Of a DNA stretch of 64,000 nt, positions 41,347-51,442 are shown piece by piece. How positions within the stretch are numbered: the first letter of the stretch is position 1; every line of letters starts with the position of its first letter. A program made the translations under genes and the position numbers. The notes under the pieces are model-generated. The model was not told the origin of the DNA. It worked only from the letters and a program-made list of their open reading frames with translations, and did no database searches. This DNA is from Lentisphaerota bacterium (GTDB lineage Bacteria; Verrucomicrobiota; Kiritimatiellia; UBA8416; JAUUYL01), in the NCBI GenBank assembly GCA_030590485.1, contig JAUUYL010000004.1, positions 7,878 through 71,877 on the forward strand. The letters run 5' to 3'.

Positions 41347-41718
41347 TTACCTGGCAATATCTTTATCGCCTTCCCACTTATCTTTAAATCTGATGCCTAC
41401 AGCATCTACCTGTGTTAGCGTCCTGGTAAAAAGAATGAAGAACTGTGTGCAATTTTCCACGGTTATCTCTATTAACGCATCCGCCCCGACATTTTCTTTG
41501 GCCTTTTTAATAGCATCTCTTGTTGAGTTACCTTTTGTAACTGGAATAAGGCCTAAAATTGCGAATCGACTGTCCGCAGCCGATGTAGGGCCAATCACAT
41601 TATACGATTTAGCATGTAGCGGTGTATTTGACGCGGCTATACCACCCGGATAAGAAGCGCATCCGGCCAACATAGCACTCATTATGATCACTAATAACAA
41701 ACCAATGTATTTGCTCAT
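41347..41718 (-). CDS. Small lipoprotein (TRL-like)
   Basis: Lipobox LAGC; ILGLI...AI...GADAL pattern. Confidence 0.65.
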   Translation of the reverse strand: MSKYIGLLLVIIMSAMLAGCASYPGGIAASNTPLHAKSYNVIGPTSAADSRFAILGLIPVTKGNSTRDAIKKAKENVGADALIEITVENCTQFFILFTRTLTQVDAVGIRFKDKWEGDKDIAR

Positions 41719-41837
41719 AACATATCCTCCTTTATAAGAACTTTAGATAATCAATAAATACTATAACATCTAAAAAATAGCAATTAAGAACTGAAGTGTT
41801 TATTAACTGACAGGAATTTGCCTGCCATGTAGCGTGT

Positions 41838-41939
41838 TTCGCAGGCGGCGACATAGTATTAGGCACCTCAACGGTGATTCTCGCTATGGGCGAAGGCCGC
41901 AGAGCAACAGCCTCGATCAACACATTACTTGCGGAATAG
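41838..41939 (+). pseudogene. Diverged duplicate of the last ~32 codons of nfnB
   Basis: FAGGDIVLGTSTVILAMGEGRRATASINTLLAE* versus nfnB YAGGDIVLGAATVILAMGEGRRAAASINALLA*. Confidence 0.85.
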
Positions 41940-41962
41940 CAAACTGAAATCGTTTTCAGTAC

Positions 41963-41991
41963 AGCCGCCATGTAATGGCGGCTATACTTTT
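41963..41991. terminator. Hairpin downstream of glnA and of the nfnB remnant
   Basis: AGCCGCCAT-GTA-ATGGCGGCT followed by ATACTTTT. Confidence 0.6.
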
Positions 41992-42002
41992 GGACAGCGC
42001 GA

Positions 42003-44120
42003 CTACATCATAAACATCATTTCTGAATACGACGGCAATGGCCGGAGTTCGTCAGAAAGCATGCCTTCAATATTATCAGCGGCTTCGCGCAGCACTAACA
42101 TAGCCTTAAGCTTGTCGGAAGGCTTGCCCTTCTTGATTACAGCTTCAAGCTTGCTTGTGGCTTTCAACAGCTTTTCTGTTTCGGCTACAACCGCAGTGAA
42201 CAGCTTTTTACTCTCAGGTATATTCTTTACACCAACAGCCTTTACCGCGCCTAGGATGTCAGCAAGCTCACCCTGGTACTCTAACACAGCTGGAGCTATC
42301 ATTGTCTTTGCGATTCTGACAGCACATTGAGCTTCGATAGCAATAGTCTCCTCGTAAATCTCGCTGTAAATCTCATAGCGCGCTTCAAGCTCTCTCTTGC
42401 TCAGCACGTTGAATTTCTCAAAAAGCGTTATGGTTTTTTTAGATATTATCTGCTTCAAGGCTTCATCTGTTGTTTTCAGGTTAGGTAGCCCCCTACGTTC
42501 CGCTTCTTTATGCCAGTCTTGCGAATAATTATCGCCCTCAAACAACACTCTTTTGTGCTTCTTAACGATACCTTGCAGAACCTTCTGCAACGCATCGTTA
42601 AACTTTACCTTCTTCGACAACATCCCCTCTACCGCCGTGCAAATATCATCCAGTGCCTCGGTAACAATTGTGTTCAGCACTACGTTTGCGCCAGCGCAAC
42701 TCTGACTGGAGCCCACTGCCCGGAACTCAAACTTGTTTCCTGTAAAAGCAAATGGTGATGTTCTGTTGCGGTCAGTAGCATCGCGAGGCAGGGAAGGAAG
42801 AGATGACACACCGATTTCGATTGTTCCTCCATTCTTAGAGCTTTTAGCCCCACCCTTTTCTACCTGCCGTATCACGTCATGCAGCTGTTCCCCAAGAAAT
42901 ATCGACATAATCGCTGGAGGCGCCTCATTAGCGCCTAGCCTGTGATCATTGCCTGCGGTCGCTACAGACGCACGAAGCAATCCAGCATGAGTATCAACAG
43001 CCTTAATGACCGCACATATTACTGTAAGGAATCGTGCGTTATCATGAGGATTATCTCCAGGCTTGAGCCAATTCTTACCATCCGGGCCATTCACATTCCA
43101 GTTGTTGTGTTTACCGGATCCATTTACGCCCGCGAATGGTTTTTCATGAAGCAGGCAGGCAAAGTTATGTCTCTCGGCTACATCTTCAATAACCTCCATC
43201 ATTAGCATGTTGTGATCTACGGCCAGGTTAAGCTCCTCATATACGGGCGCCAACTCAAATTGCCCCGGACAGACTTCGTTATGCCTGGTCTTCGCCGGCA
43301 CGCCAAGACGCCACATCTCCCTATCGAGCTCACACATGAACGCTACTACCCTGCTCTTTATCACCCCGAAATAATGATCATCCATCTGTTGGTGCTTAGC
43401 AGGAATCTTTCCGAACAAAGTCCGCCCAGTCTGAAGCAGATCGGGCCGCATCTCATACAATTCTCTATCAATGAGGAAATACTCCTGTTCAGCGCCAAGC
43501 GAGGCCGTTGTCTTCCGCCCATTGACTTTGACACCAAACAATTTTGCTAACCGGCAGAACTGCTCTGACAGAGCATCGCCTGAACGCAACAATGGCGTCT
43601 TTTTATCCAAAGCTTCTCCATTGTATCCGCAGAACACAGTTGGTATGCACAGTGTTGCGCCATTTTCACCTTCACGAATGAATGCCGGACTGGTTGGATC
43701 CCACGCTGTATACCCGCGCGCCTCAAAAGTTGCGCGCAAACCGCCTGATGGGAAACTCGACGCATCCGGCTCACCCTGGATCAATTCCTTCCCCGAAAAC
43801 TTATAGACTGCGCCATCATTCCCATCCGGAGTCACAAAGGAGTCATGCTTTTCAGCTGTAGAGCCTGTCAACGGCTGAAACCAGTGTGTGAAATGCGTAG
43901 CGCCCTTCTCCAACGCCCAAGTCTTCATAGCCTCTGCCACGTCATCAGCAATCTCCGGATTTAGGGTTTTCCCTTTGCGGACTGTTGACACTAAAGACTT
44001 GTAAACCGTTGCCGACAGATACTTCCGCATCGTCTTTATGCTGAAAACATTCTCGCCAAAGAATTTAACAATATCATCAGTCTTTTTCTTTTTAGTATTT
44101 CCTGAAGTCTTTCGAGGCAT
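42003..44120 (-). CDS. glnA: Glutamine synthetase type III
   Basis: [15 protein letters not shown]...[41 protein letters not shown]. Confidence 0.95.
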   Translation of the reverse strand: MPRKTSGNTKKKKTDDIVKFFGENVFSIKTMRKYLSATVYKSLVSTVRKGKTLNPEIADDVAEAMKTWALEKGATHFTHWFQPLTGSTAEKHDSFVTPDGNDGAVYKFSGKELIQGEPDASSFPSGGLRATFEARGYTAWDPTSPAFIREGENGATLCIPTVFCGYNGEALDKKTPLLRSGDALSEQFCRLAKLFGVKVNGRKTTASLGAEQEYFLIDRELYEMRPDLLQTGRTLFGKIPAKHQQMDDHYFGVIKSRVVAFMCELDREMWRLGVPAKTRHNEVCPGQFELAPVYEELNLAVDHNMLMMEVIEDVAERHNFACLLHEKPFAGVNGSGKHNNWNVNGPDGKNWLKPGDNPHDNARFLTVICAVIKAVDTHAGLLRASVATAGNDHRLGANEAPPAIMSIFLGEQLHDVIRQVEKGGAKSSKNGGTIEIGVSSLPSLPRDATDRNRTSPFAFTGNKFEFRAVGSSQSCAGANVVLNTIVTEALDDICTAVEGMLSKKVKFNDALQKVLQGIVKKHKRVLFEGDNYSQDWHKEAERRGLPNLKTTDEALKQIISKKTITLFEKFNVLSKRELEARYEIYSEIYEETIAIEAQCAVRIAKTMIAPAVLEYQGELADILGAVKAVGVKNIPESKKLFTAVVAETEKLLKATSKLEAVIKKGKPSDKLKAMLVLREAADNIEGMLSDELRPLPSYSEMMFMM

Positions 44121-44156
44121 TGCATTTCTCCGTTATTGATAAACCATATTCAGGTC

Positions 44157-44185
44157 ATACTATACATCAAAACCTTCAACTGCAA
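44157..44185 (-). promoter_or_regulatory. Putative sigma-70 promoter of GS-III
   Basis: TTGCAG-17 nt-TAGTAT. Confidence 0.5.
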
Positions 44186-44333
44186 GTGACGAGAACATAA
44201 AAGGCCGCTTTTTTGTAATGCCAGAAGCCAATTTAACACCTGCCTCGCACATTTTAGACAGTAAGTCTTGACTGAAATATTTATTGCTTTATTATGTTTG
44301 TCCTAGTAGTGCAATCGCAAGGAGTGGTTCGTC

Positions 44334-47300
44334 TTGGTTGAGAATAGTAAAAATGGTTCGGTACTCATTTTGGGTGCAGGTATCGCTGGAATACAGGCGG
44401 CGCTGGATCTTGCCGACTCCGGCTATAAGGTATACCTGGTCGAATCCAAAACCGCTATCGGCGGTCATATGGCACAGCTTGATAAGACATTCCCCACTAA
44501 CGACTGCGCAATGTGCACAATCTCACCTCGTCTCGTAACCGCTGGCCTGCATAGAAACATTGAGATTATCACAAACGCCGAACTGCAAGAACTCAAGGGT
44601 GAAGCTGGTAATTTCGAAGCAACAATACGTCTCAACCCTAATTTTGTAGATCTCGACAAATGTACAGGCTGCGGTCTCTGTGCAGAGGAATGTCCTATTA
44701 ATATCCCTGACGAATACAACCAGGGACTGAACAACAGAAAAGCCATTTACAAATTATACCCGCAAGCCGTACCAAACAAATTCACTATCAGCAAACTGGG
44801 CGAAGCACCATGCTACGACGCGTGCCCTCTTCACGGAGACCCCAGCGGCTATGTCGCACTGACCGCTGAAGGCCGCTATCAGGAAGCTCTGGATCTTGTC
44901 AGAGAAAAGAACCCCTTCCCCGCTATCTGCGGCAGAATATGTCAACATCCATGCGAAACAGAATGCAGCCGATGCAAAGTCGATGAGCCCGTTTCCATCG
45001 CATACATAAAACGATTTCTGGCTGACTGGGAAATGGGTCATGGCGAAGAGAAAACACCCGCCGCTGAAATAATTGAAAATGGAAAGAAAGTCGCCATCAT
45101 CGGGTCAGGTCCCGCAGGACTTACCGCCGCACGCGAGCTTAGGAAAATGGGCTATTCTCCCGCAATTTACGAGTCTCGCGCAAAAGCCGGCGGCATGATG
45201 ACTCTCGGCATCCCCTCGTACCGCCTACCGCACGAGATTATAGAAAAGGAAATAAAAGACATTACCGATCTGGGTGTAACCCTTAAAATCAATTCACCGA
45301 TTAATTCCGAAGAAGACATCGAAGCTCTCTTTAAGGATGGATGCGAAGCCGTCTTCCTCAGTGTAGGCTCCCACCAAAGCAGAAGCATGGATATTGAGGG
45401 CGAAGACCTTGAAAACGTTACGGACGGTGTTACCTTTCTGCGCGAACTAAGCCTTGGATCAATAACTTCAGTCAAAGAACGAGTTATTGTTGTAGGAGGA
45501 GGCAACGTAGCACTCGACTGCGCGCGCTCCGCCCTGCGTCTTGGTGCCAAGGCTGTAAATATCGTTTGCCTGGAAGCTTACGAGAACATGCCTGCGCACC
45601 GCAACGAGATTGACTGGGCGGAAGAAGAAGGCATCGTCGTCAACGCCGCAAAGGCGACACAAAGCATTACAGATAAAAACAACGCCTTTGCCGGGTTGGC
45701 ATTGATGGATGTAAAGAAAATGGCGTTCGTAGAAGGAAAACTCGAGCTAGAGACTGAGCCGGGTTCAGAATCAACAATTGAAGCCGACCAGATGATTGTA
45801 GCCATCGGCCAGGCACCTGACCTCTACTTCCTCTCCGATGACAGCAAAATCAACACCACCCCACGGGGTACTCTGGATGTGGACAGCAAAAGCTTTATGA
45901 CATCCTGGAAAGGCGTATTCTCAGGAGGCGATGTAGTGCGTGGAGCGGCAAGCGTTATCGAGGCCGTTGCAGACGGCAGAAATGCAGCCATGTCGATAGA
46001 CGCCTATATCAAGGGCGAAGAATTTACTCCAGACGCAAGCAATCAGCCGATTGTAACGCTATCAGACGAAGAAATTAGAGCAAAACTGAAAAGTAAGGAA
46101 ATACAAAAGACGCCTCGTCACATCATGCCAGAACGCCCAGTCGAAGAACGTATTTCAAACTTTAGCGAAGTAGATCTCGGGTTGAGCGAGGAAGCCGCAA
46201 AGAAGGAAGCCGAACGCTGTCTCTATTGCTCTATCTGCTCCAACTGCCGAAGATGCGAAACAGTATGCGAAGCTAACGCGCTCATCTATGATGACGTTCC
46301 TAAGAACAGAACAATCAATCCGGGCGCAGTTATCCTCGCCCCTGGTTTCGAACTGTTTGATTCGGGCAAAAAAGGAGAATTTGGCTACAAACGATTTCCA
46401 AATGTCATTTCCGCTCTGGATTATGAACGCATACTCAGTGCGTCCGGCCCTACACTTGGTCATATACAGAGAATCTCCGACAGCAAGACGCCTCGGAACA
46501 TAGCCTTCATTCAGTGTGTGGGATCAAGAGACGAAGACAACCCATATTGTTCATCCGTTTGCTGCACCTTTGCAATAAAACAATCCATCATTACAAGAGA
46601 GCATGCGAAGGACACACAATGCACCATTTTCGCGATGGACATCCGTGCCTTTGGTAAGGGCTTTGATGAGTATTTCGAGCGTGCAAAAAACAACTACGGC
46701 GTCAAAGTTGTATACACACGCCCATCGTCGATTAAACAGGATTTCAAAACCCACAATCTTCAGCTGCAATTCACCGAAGATGGTCAAGACTGGATCGAAC
46801 AGGAATTCGATCTGGTCGTTCTCTCAGCTGGCTTATGCCAGAATGACAAGGCCAAAGAAATCGCAAATGTCTGTGAAATCGACCTGAACGACTACTCGTT
46901 CGCCAATTCACCCGTCTTTTCGCCAACATCGACCAACCGCGAAGGTGTATATCTCGCCGGAACATTTGAGGAGCCGAAAGACATTCCGGAATCAGTGACC
47001 CACGCAAGTGCAGCCGCAGCGAGGGCAATGGAACTGCTTGCCGATGTCAGAGGCACTGAAGTAGAAGAAAAAGTTTATCCAAAAGAAAGAGACGTATCAC
47101 AGGAAGAACAACGCATAGGCGTCTTTGTATGTCACTGTGGATCAAACATCGAGGGATTCATCAGTTGCAAAGAAGTAGCCGAGTACGCTCAAAGCCTCAA
47201 AAACGTAGTATACACAGACCATCTTCTCTACAGTTGCTCTCCAGACGGACTGCAAACCATTAAAGATATGGTGATAGAGCATAACCTCAACCGTGTGGTT

Positions 47301-48794
47301 GTAGCATCCTGCACACCGCGCACACACGAGCCACTATTTCAAGAAAACATCAGAGAAGCAGGACTAAACCCCTACCTCTTCGAGATGGCCAACATACGCG
47401 ACCAATGCACATGGGTACATGCAGATATGGGCGAAGCGACCCAAGAAAAGGCCAATGACCTAGTGCGAATGGCCGTCGGCAGAGCACGAACGATTGAATC
47501 GCTATCTTCAAAGACGTATGTACCAAAGCGCAGCGCGCTGGTCGTCGGAGGAGGAATCTCAGGCATGAGCTCCGCACTCTCCGTAGCCAACCAGGGCCAC
47601 GAAGTATACCTGGTCGAAAAATCGGACAAACTTGGCGGCAGTGCATTGAAGATCAAGAAAACCATAGACGGCAGCAACCCAGCCGAACTAGTACAAAGTC
47701 TCGAGGAAAGCGTGCTTGAACATGACAAGATCACGGTAATGATGAACGCTGAAGTCGCAGAAACCAGCGGTTTCATCGGCGATTTCCACACTCAGATCAA
47801 AAGCAAAGCAAAAGACGTATCCTTTGAACATGGCGCAACAATTATTGCGACAGGCGCGGAGGAGCTCAAGCCTTCCGAATATCTTTTCGGAGAGAACGAG
47901 CATATTGTAACTCAACAGACTTTCGAAGAAACGATCGAAAACAGCCCCGAAACCATTAAGAGCATTAAAGAAATTGTGATGATCCAATGTGTCGGCTCTA
48001 GAGAGCCTGATAGAATGGTCTGCAGCAGAGTGTGCTGTACCGAGGCCATAAAAAACGCCATTGCTGTAAAAAATGCTAATCCTGAAGCATCTGTTTCCAT
48101 TCTTTATCGAGACATACGCACATATGGGTTCCTTGAGAAATACTACACCGAAGCACGCGAGATGGGCATCTTGTTTTTTAGGTACGATCTGGAAAACAAG
48201 CCTGAGGTGACTTCCGGCAATGACGGTAAACTCAGAGTACGGACAAAGGATCTCAATTCCGGCCTCGAAATAAGTTTCGACCCTGACTGCCTGGTTTTAA
48301 GCGCAGGAATGGTGACCCCTGAGGGGACGCAAAAGGTAGGAACAGCCTTCAAAATCCCATTAAACCTCGAAGGCTTTTTCCAAGAGGCCCACATGAAACT
48401 GCGTCCTGTAGACTTTGCCTCTGACGGCATATTCCTTTGCGGCACCTGCCACAGCCCTAAGTTCATCAGAGAAAGCATTATACAGGCGCAAGGTGCGGCA
48501 GCTAGAGCGATTGGCATACTTTCAAAACCAGAAATGGAAATAAGCTGCATCATTTCAAAGGTTGACGAGGACAAGTGCGTTGCCTGCCTTACCTGCGTAA
48601 GGACATGTCCATACGATGTCCCAAAGATAAATAAGGATGGTATTGCCGAGATTGAACCTGCGATGTGCCATGGATGCGGTATCTGCGCTGCCGAATGCCC
48701 GGCAAAAGCCATAAGCATGATGCATTACAAGGATAGACAGATTATTTCCAAGACCCAGGCCCTGTACAACGAGAAAGGCGAGCTGCAAAAATAA
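44334..48794 (+). CDS. hdrA: Large HdrA-family flavoprotein (HdrL type): two HdrA modules plus an inserted GltD-like pyridine-nucleotide domain
   Basis: GAGIAG...LDKTFPTNDCAMC; CTGCGLCAEECP; insert CGRIC, GSGPAG, GGGNVA; two QCVGSR...CC motifs; VCHCG, ASCTPRTHE; C-terminal 2x[4Fe-4S]. Confidence 0.9.
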   Translation: MVENSKNGSVLILGAGIAGIQAALDLADSGYKVYLVESKTAIGGHMAQLDKTFPTNDCAMCTISPRLVTAGLHRNIEIITNAELQELKGEAGNFEATIRLNPNFVDLDKCTGCGLCAEECPINIPDEYNQGLNNRKAIYKLYPQAVPNKFTISKLGEAPCYDACPLHGDPSGYVALTAEGRYQEALDLVREKNPFPAICGRICQHPCETECSRCKVDEPVSIAYIKRFLADWEMGHGEEKTPAAEIIENGKKVAIIGSGPAGLTAARELRKMGYSPAIYESRAKAGGMMTLGIPSYRLPHEIIEKEIKDITDLGVTLKINSPINSEEDIEALFKDGCEAVFLSVGSHQSRSMDIEGEDLENVTDGVTFLRELSLGSITSVKERVIVVGGGNVALDCARSALRLGAKAVNIVCLEAYENMPAHRNEIDWAEEEGIVVNAAKATQSITDKNNAFAGLALMDVKKMAFVEGKLELETEPGSESTIEADQMIVAIGQAPDLYFLSDDSKINTTPRGTLDVDSKSFMTSWKGVFSGGDVVRGAASVIEAVADGRNAAMSIDAYIKGEEFTPDASNQPIVTLSDEEIRAKLKSKEIQKTPRHIMPERPVEERISNFSEVDLGLSEEAAKKEAERCLYCSICSNCRRCETVCEANALIYDDVPKNRTINPGAVILAPGFELFDSGKKGEFGYKRFPNVISALDYERILSASGPTLGHIQRISDSKTPRNIAFIQCVGSRDEDNPYCSSVCCTFAIKQSIITREHAKDTQCTIFAMDIRAFGKGFDEYFERAKNNYGVKVVYTRPSSIKQDFKTHNLQLQFTEDGQDWIEQEFDLVVLSAGLCQNDKAKEIANVCEIDLNDYSFANSPVFSPTSTNREGVYLAGTFEEPKDIPESVTHASAAAARAMELLADVRGTEVEEKVYPKERDVSQEEQRIGVFVCHCGSNIEGFISCKEVAEYAQSLKNVVYTDHLLYSCSPDGLQTIKDMVIEHNLNRVVVASCTPRTHEPLFQENIREAGLNPYLFEMANIRDQCTWVHADMGEATQEKANDLVRMAVGRARTIESLSSKTYVPKRSALVVGGGISGMSSALSVANQGHEVYLVEKSDKLGGSALKIKKTIDGSNPAELVQSLEESVLEHDKITVMMNAEVAETSGFIGDFHTQIKSKAKDVSFEHGATIIATGAEELKPSEYLFGENEHIVTQQTFEETIENSPETIKSIKEIVMIQCVGSREPDRMVCSRVCCTEAIKNAIAVKNANPEASVSILYRDIRTYGFLEKYYTEAREMGILFFRYDLENKPEVTSGNDGKLRVRTKDLNSGLEISFDPDCLVLSAGMVTPEGTQKVGTAFKIPLNLEGFFQEAHMKLRPVDFASDGIFLCGTCHSPKFIRESIIQAQGAAARAIGILSKPEMEISCIISKVDEDKCVACLTCVRTCPYDVPKINKDGIAEIEPAMCHGCGICAAECPAKAISMMHYKDRQIISKTQALYNEKGELQK

Positions 48795-49240
48795 TGAATA
48801 ACTTTGAACCGAAAATAACTGCGTTTTGCTGCACCTTCTGCGCGTTCAGTGCGGCGGACCTTGCGGGATCAATGCGATTGCAGTACCCACCGAACGTAAG
48901 GATTGTAAAACTGCCATGCACAGGCAAAGTAGATGTCCTTTACATCCTCAAGGCCTTTGAAGACGGCGCAGATGGTGTGTTTGTTGCAGGTTGCCTCGAG
49001 GGCGAGTGTCATTACCTTGAGGGTAATTTCCGAGCAAGAAAACGGGTCGAATATGCGAAAATGCTTCTTGAGGAAGTTGGGATCGAAGGTGAGCGCGTCG
49101 AAATGTACAACCTATCCTCGGCTATGGGTGCCCGGTTCGCTGAAATCGTTGAGGAGATGACGGCAAAAATCAAGGAACTTGGACCGAGAGGAAATGGCTA
49201 TAGGTCAGAGGAAGAATGTGAAGAGGGAAAACGTGACTGA
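48794..49240 (+). CDS. mvhD: MvhD-like [2Fe-2S] subunit
   Basis: FCCTFCAFSAADLAG, PCTGKV, GCLEGECHY...GN. Confidence 0.93.
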   Translation: MNNFEPKITAFCCTFCAFSAADLAGSMRLQYPPNVRIVKLPCTGKVDVLYILKAFEDGADGVFVAGCLEGECHYLEGNFRARKRVEYAKMLLEEVGIEGERVEMYNLSSAMGARFAEIVEEMTAKIKELGPRGNGYRSEEECEEGKRD

Positions 49241-49288
49241 TGGGCTTAGGGGGAAGAGACTTGAAGCATAGATACTTGTGGATTTAAG

Positions 49289-49843
49289 ATGAGAATTGAA
49301 GAGAACAACGTAAATATAGACAGTTCCTTCGCGCTGGAAGTGCAGAAGCGAAGCGGAGAGAATGTCTTTTTGTGTTACCAATGCAGAAAATGTGCTTCTG
49401 GTTGTCCGCTAAGAGAAATGATGGACAGCAGTCCCACCGAATTTATGCGCTTTGTTCAGCTTGGCATGAAAGATAAGGCAATGACAGACAGTACAGTTTG
49501 GCGTTGCACATCCTGCCAGACCTGCACTACGCGCTGTCCGCAAGGTATCGACATAGCACATGTCATCGACACAGTTAAGATGATGGCACAGGACGAGAGA
49601 ATCAAGGTAGACAGCAAGAATGTAAAAGCTTTTAACGTCATATGGATGAATATGCTCAAACATATGGGCAGGATTTACGAACTCGGACTTGTCGCCCTTC
49701 TTAACATGGCCATGAAACAACCGCTCAAGGGCGCTGAACTGGCCGTCGAAATGGTTAAGAAAGGTAAGCTGAAGTTCATACCAACGATTAAACGTTCTGC
49801 ATCGATGCGAAGAATGTTTAAAAGAGCTAAGGGGTTAAAATAA
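49289..49843 (+). CDS. hdrC: HdrC-like 2x[4Fe-4S] subunit
   Basis: CYQCRKCASGCP, WRCTSCQTCTTRCP. Confidence 0.9.
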   Translation: MRIEENNVNIDSSFALEVQKRSGENVFLCYQCRKCASGCPLREMMDSSPTEFMRFVQLGMKDKAMTDSTVWRCTSCQTCTTRCPQGIDIAHVIDTVKMMAQDERIKVDSKNVKAFNVIWMNMLKHMGRIYELGLVALLNMAMKQPLKGAELAVEMVKKGKLKFIPTIKRSASMRRMFKRAKGLK

Positions 49844-50703
49844 TGAAAGTATCATATTATCCGGGTTGCTCACTGCATTCAACAGCAATAGAATACGATA
49901 TGTCTACCAGAAAAGTCCTCGAGGCACTTGGTGTTGAATATGTTGAGGTGAAAGACTGGATATGCTGCGGGTCAACACCGGCGCATCAAGCTGATGAACT
50001 GATGTCGGTGGCTCTACCAGTCAAAAACCTGGCAATAATGGCTGAGAACGATAATCTTACTGATATGTGCGTACCATGTGCGTCCTGCTATTCACGCCTG
50101 AGAGTTGCGCAGGAAAAGATGAAAAACCCCGAAACACGGAAGAAGGTCGAAGATGTCATAGAGGCACCCTACCCCGAAAACGTAAATGTCATGCATGCTC
50201 TCGACCTTATAATCGAGAAAGTTGGCATCCCCGCTATCAAAGAAAAGATTATCAGCAAGCTGAACGGCATGAAGGTTGTCTGCTATTATGGATGCCTGAT
50301 GACTCGCCCTCCAAAAGCTACGGGCAAGAAGGAGTGCGAGAACCCGATGGAGATGGAAGAGCTAATGGAAGAGCTTGGTGCAAAGCCCCTGGACTGGAAT
50401 ATGAAAACGTTCTGCTGCGGAGCGGCATCCGCATTGACCCAGACGGAAATAGTTCTCGATCTCACCAGAGAAATCCTGGATGACGCTGTTAGCGTAGGCG
50501 CAGAAGCCATTGTCGTAGGATGCCCCCTCTGTCACGCCAACACCGACGGTCGCCAGAAGGAGATCAACGCTAAATATAAAACAGACTTCGATATACCCGT
50601 ATTTTATTTTACCGAACTGCTCGGGCTCTGCCTCGGCATCGACCCTAAAGAACTTGGCATAGACAAACACCTGACCGAGGCCATGGATTTGATTAAGAAA
50701 TAA
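49843..50703 (+). CDS. hdrB: HdrB-like CCG-domain subunit
   Basis: YYPGC, WICCG, CASC, YYGC, CCG, CPLC. Confidence 0.92.
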   Translation: MKVSYYPGCSLHSTAIEYDMSTRKVLEALGVEYVEVKDWICCGSTPAHQADELMSVALPVKNLAIMAENDNLTDMCVPCASCYSRLRVAQEKMKNPETRKKVEDVIEAPYPENVNVMHALDLIIEKVGIPAIKEKIISKLNGMKVVCYYGCLMTRPPKATGKKECENPMEMEELMEELGAKPLDWNMKTFCCGAASALTQTEIVLDLTREILDDAVSVGAEAIVVGCPLCHANTDGRQKEINAKYKTDFDIPVFYFTELLGLCLGIDPKELGIDKHLTEAMDLIKK

Positions 50704-50773
50704 CGGAGAATAAACACAATGAAGAAATATTATACGCTTCACGTTTCACGTTTCACGGGGCAAAGGGGATCTC

Positions 50774-51442
50774 ATGATCGTAGGTGACAGAAAACCATTA
50801 GAAGAAATCCTTGAATCGATTAAGGACTTCAAGAAGATACTGCTACTTGGATGCGGCGGATGCGTTACTATCTGCTTTTCCGGCGGCGAAAAGGCTGCAG
50901 GCCTGCTTGCGTCTCAGATATCCATTGCACGAAAAGATGCGGGCAATCCGATAGAAATCGACGAAGCAACTCCTACACGAGTCTGCGAGCATGAATTCAT
51001 CGATGAGCTGAAGGATAAAATTGATTCGGTAGATGCTGTACTTTCCTTATCTTGCGGTGTCGGAGTACAAACGCTAGCCGAACAATACGAAGACAAGATC
51101 ATCATCCCCGCGCTTAACACTACGTTTATGGGTTATCCTGTTGAGCATGCTGTATGGGAAGAAAGATGTGCCGGATGCGGTGACTGCGTTCTTGGATGGA
51201 CTGGTGGACTTTGCCCAATTTCCAGATGCGCAAAGAAACTCCTGAACGGCCCATGCGGCGGGTCGGTAGACGGCGTATGCGAAGTCGATTCAGAGAAGGA
51301 ATGCATATGGCACTCGATTTATGATCGTCTAAAGAGAATTGGCAAACTCGAGAACCTTGAAAAGGTTAGAGATCCTAAAGACTGGCGAACAAGCACAAAC
51401 GCGGGCCAGAGGAAATCTGAATTTAAGGAAGCACAACTATGA
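50774..51442 (+). CDS. metV: MetV (Fe-S/Zn subunit of methylene-THF reductase)
   Basis: GCGGCVTIC..GG, SCGVGVQ, CAGCGDC...GGLCPISRCAK.LLNGPCGG...CEV...CIW. Confidence 0.9.
   Translation: MIVGDRKPLEEILESIKDFKKILLLGCGGCVTICFSGGEKAAGLLASQISIARKDAGNPIEIDEATPTRVCEHEFIDELKDKIDSVDAVLSLSCGVGVQTLAEQYEDKIIIPALNTTFMGYPVEHAVWEERCAGCGDCVLGWTGGLCPISRCAKKLLNGPCGGSVDGVCEVDSEKECIWHSIYDRLKRIGKLENLEKVRDPKDWRTSTNAGQRKSEFKEAQL

Noticed and set aside
44121..44333. Glutamine riboswitch upstream of GS-III
   Set aside because: Leader after the candidate promoter is only ~30 nt and no motif is visible
44334..50703. Selenocysteine recoding in Hdr/MvhD, or methanogenesis
   Set aside because: Cys motifs are intact with no in-frame TGA; no mcr or hydrogenase genes, and the context is bacterial metVF
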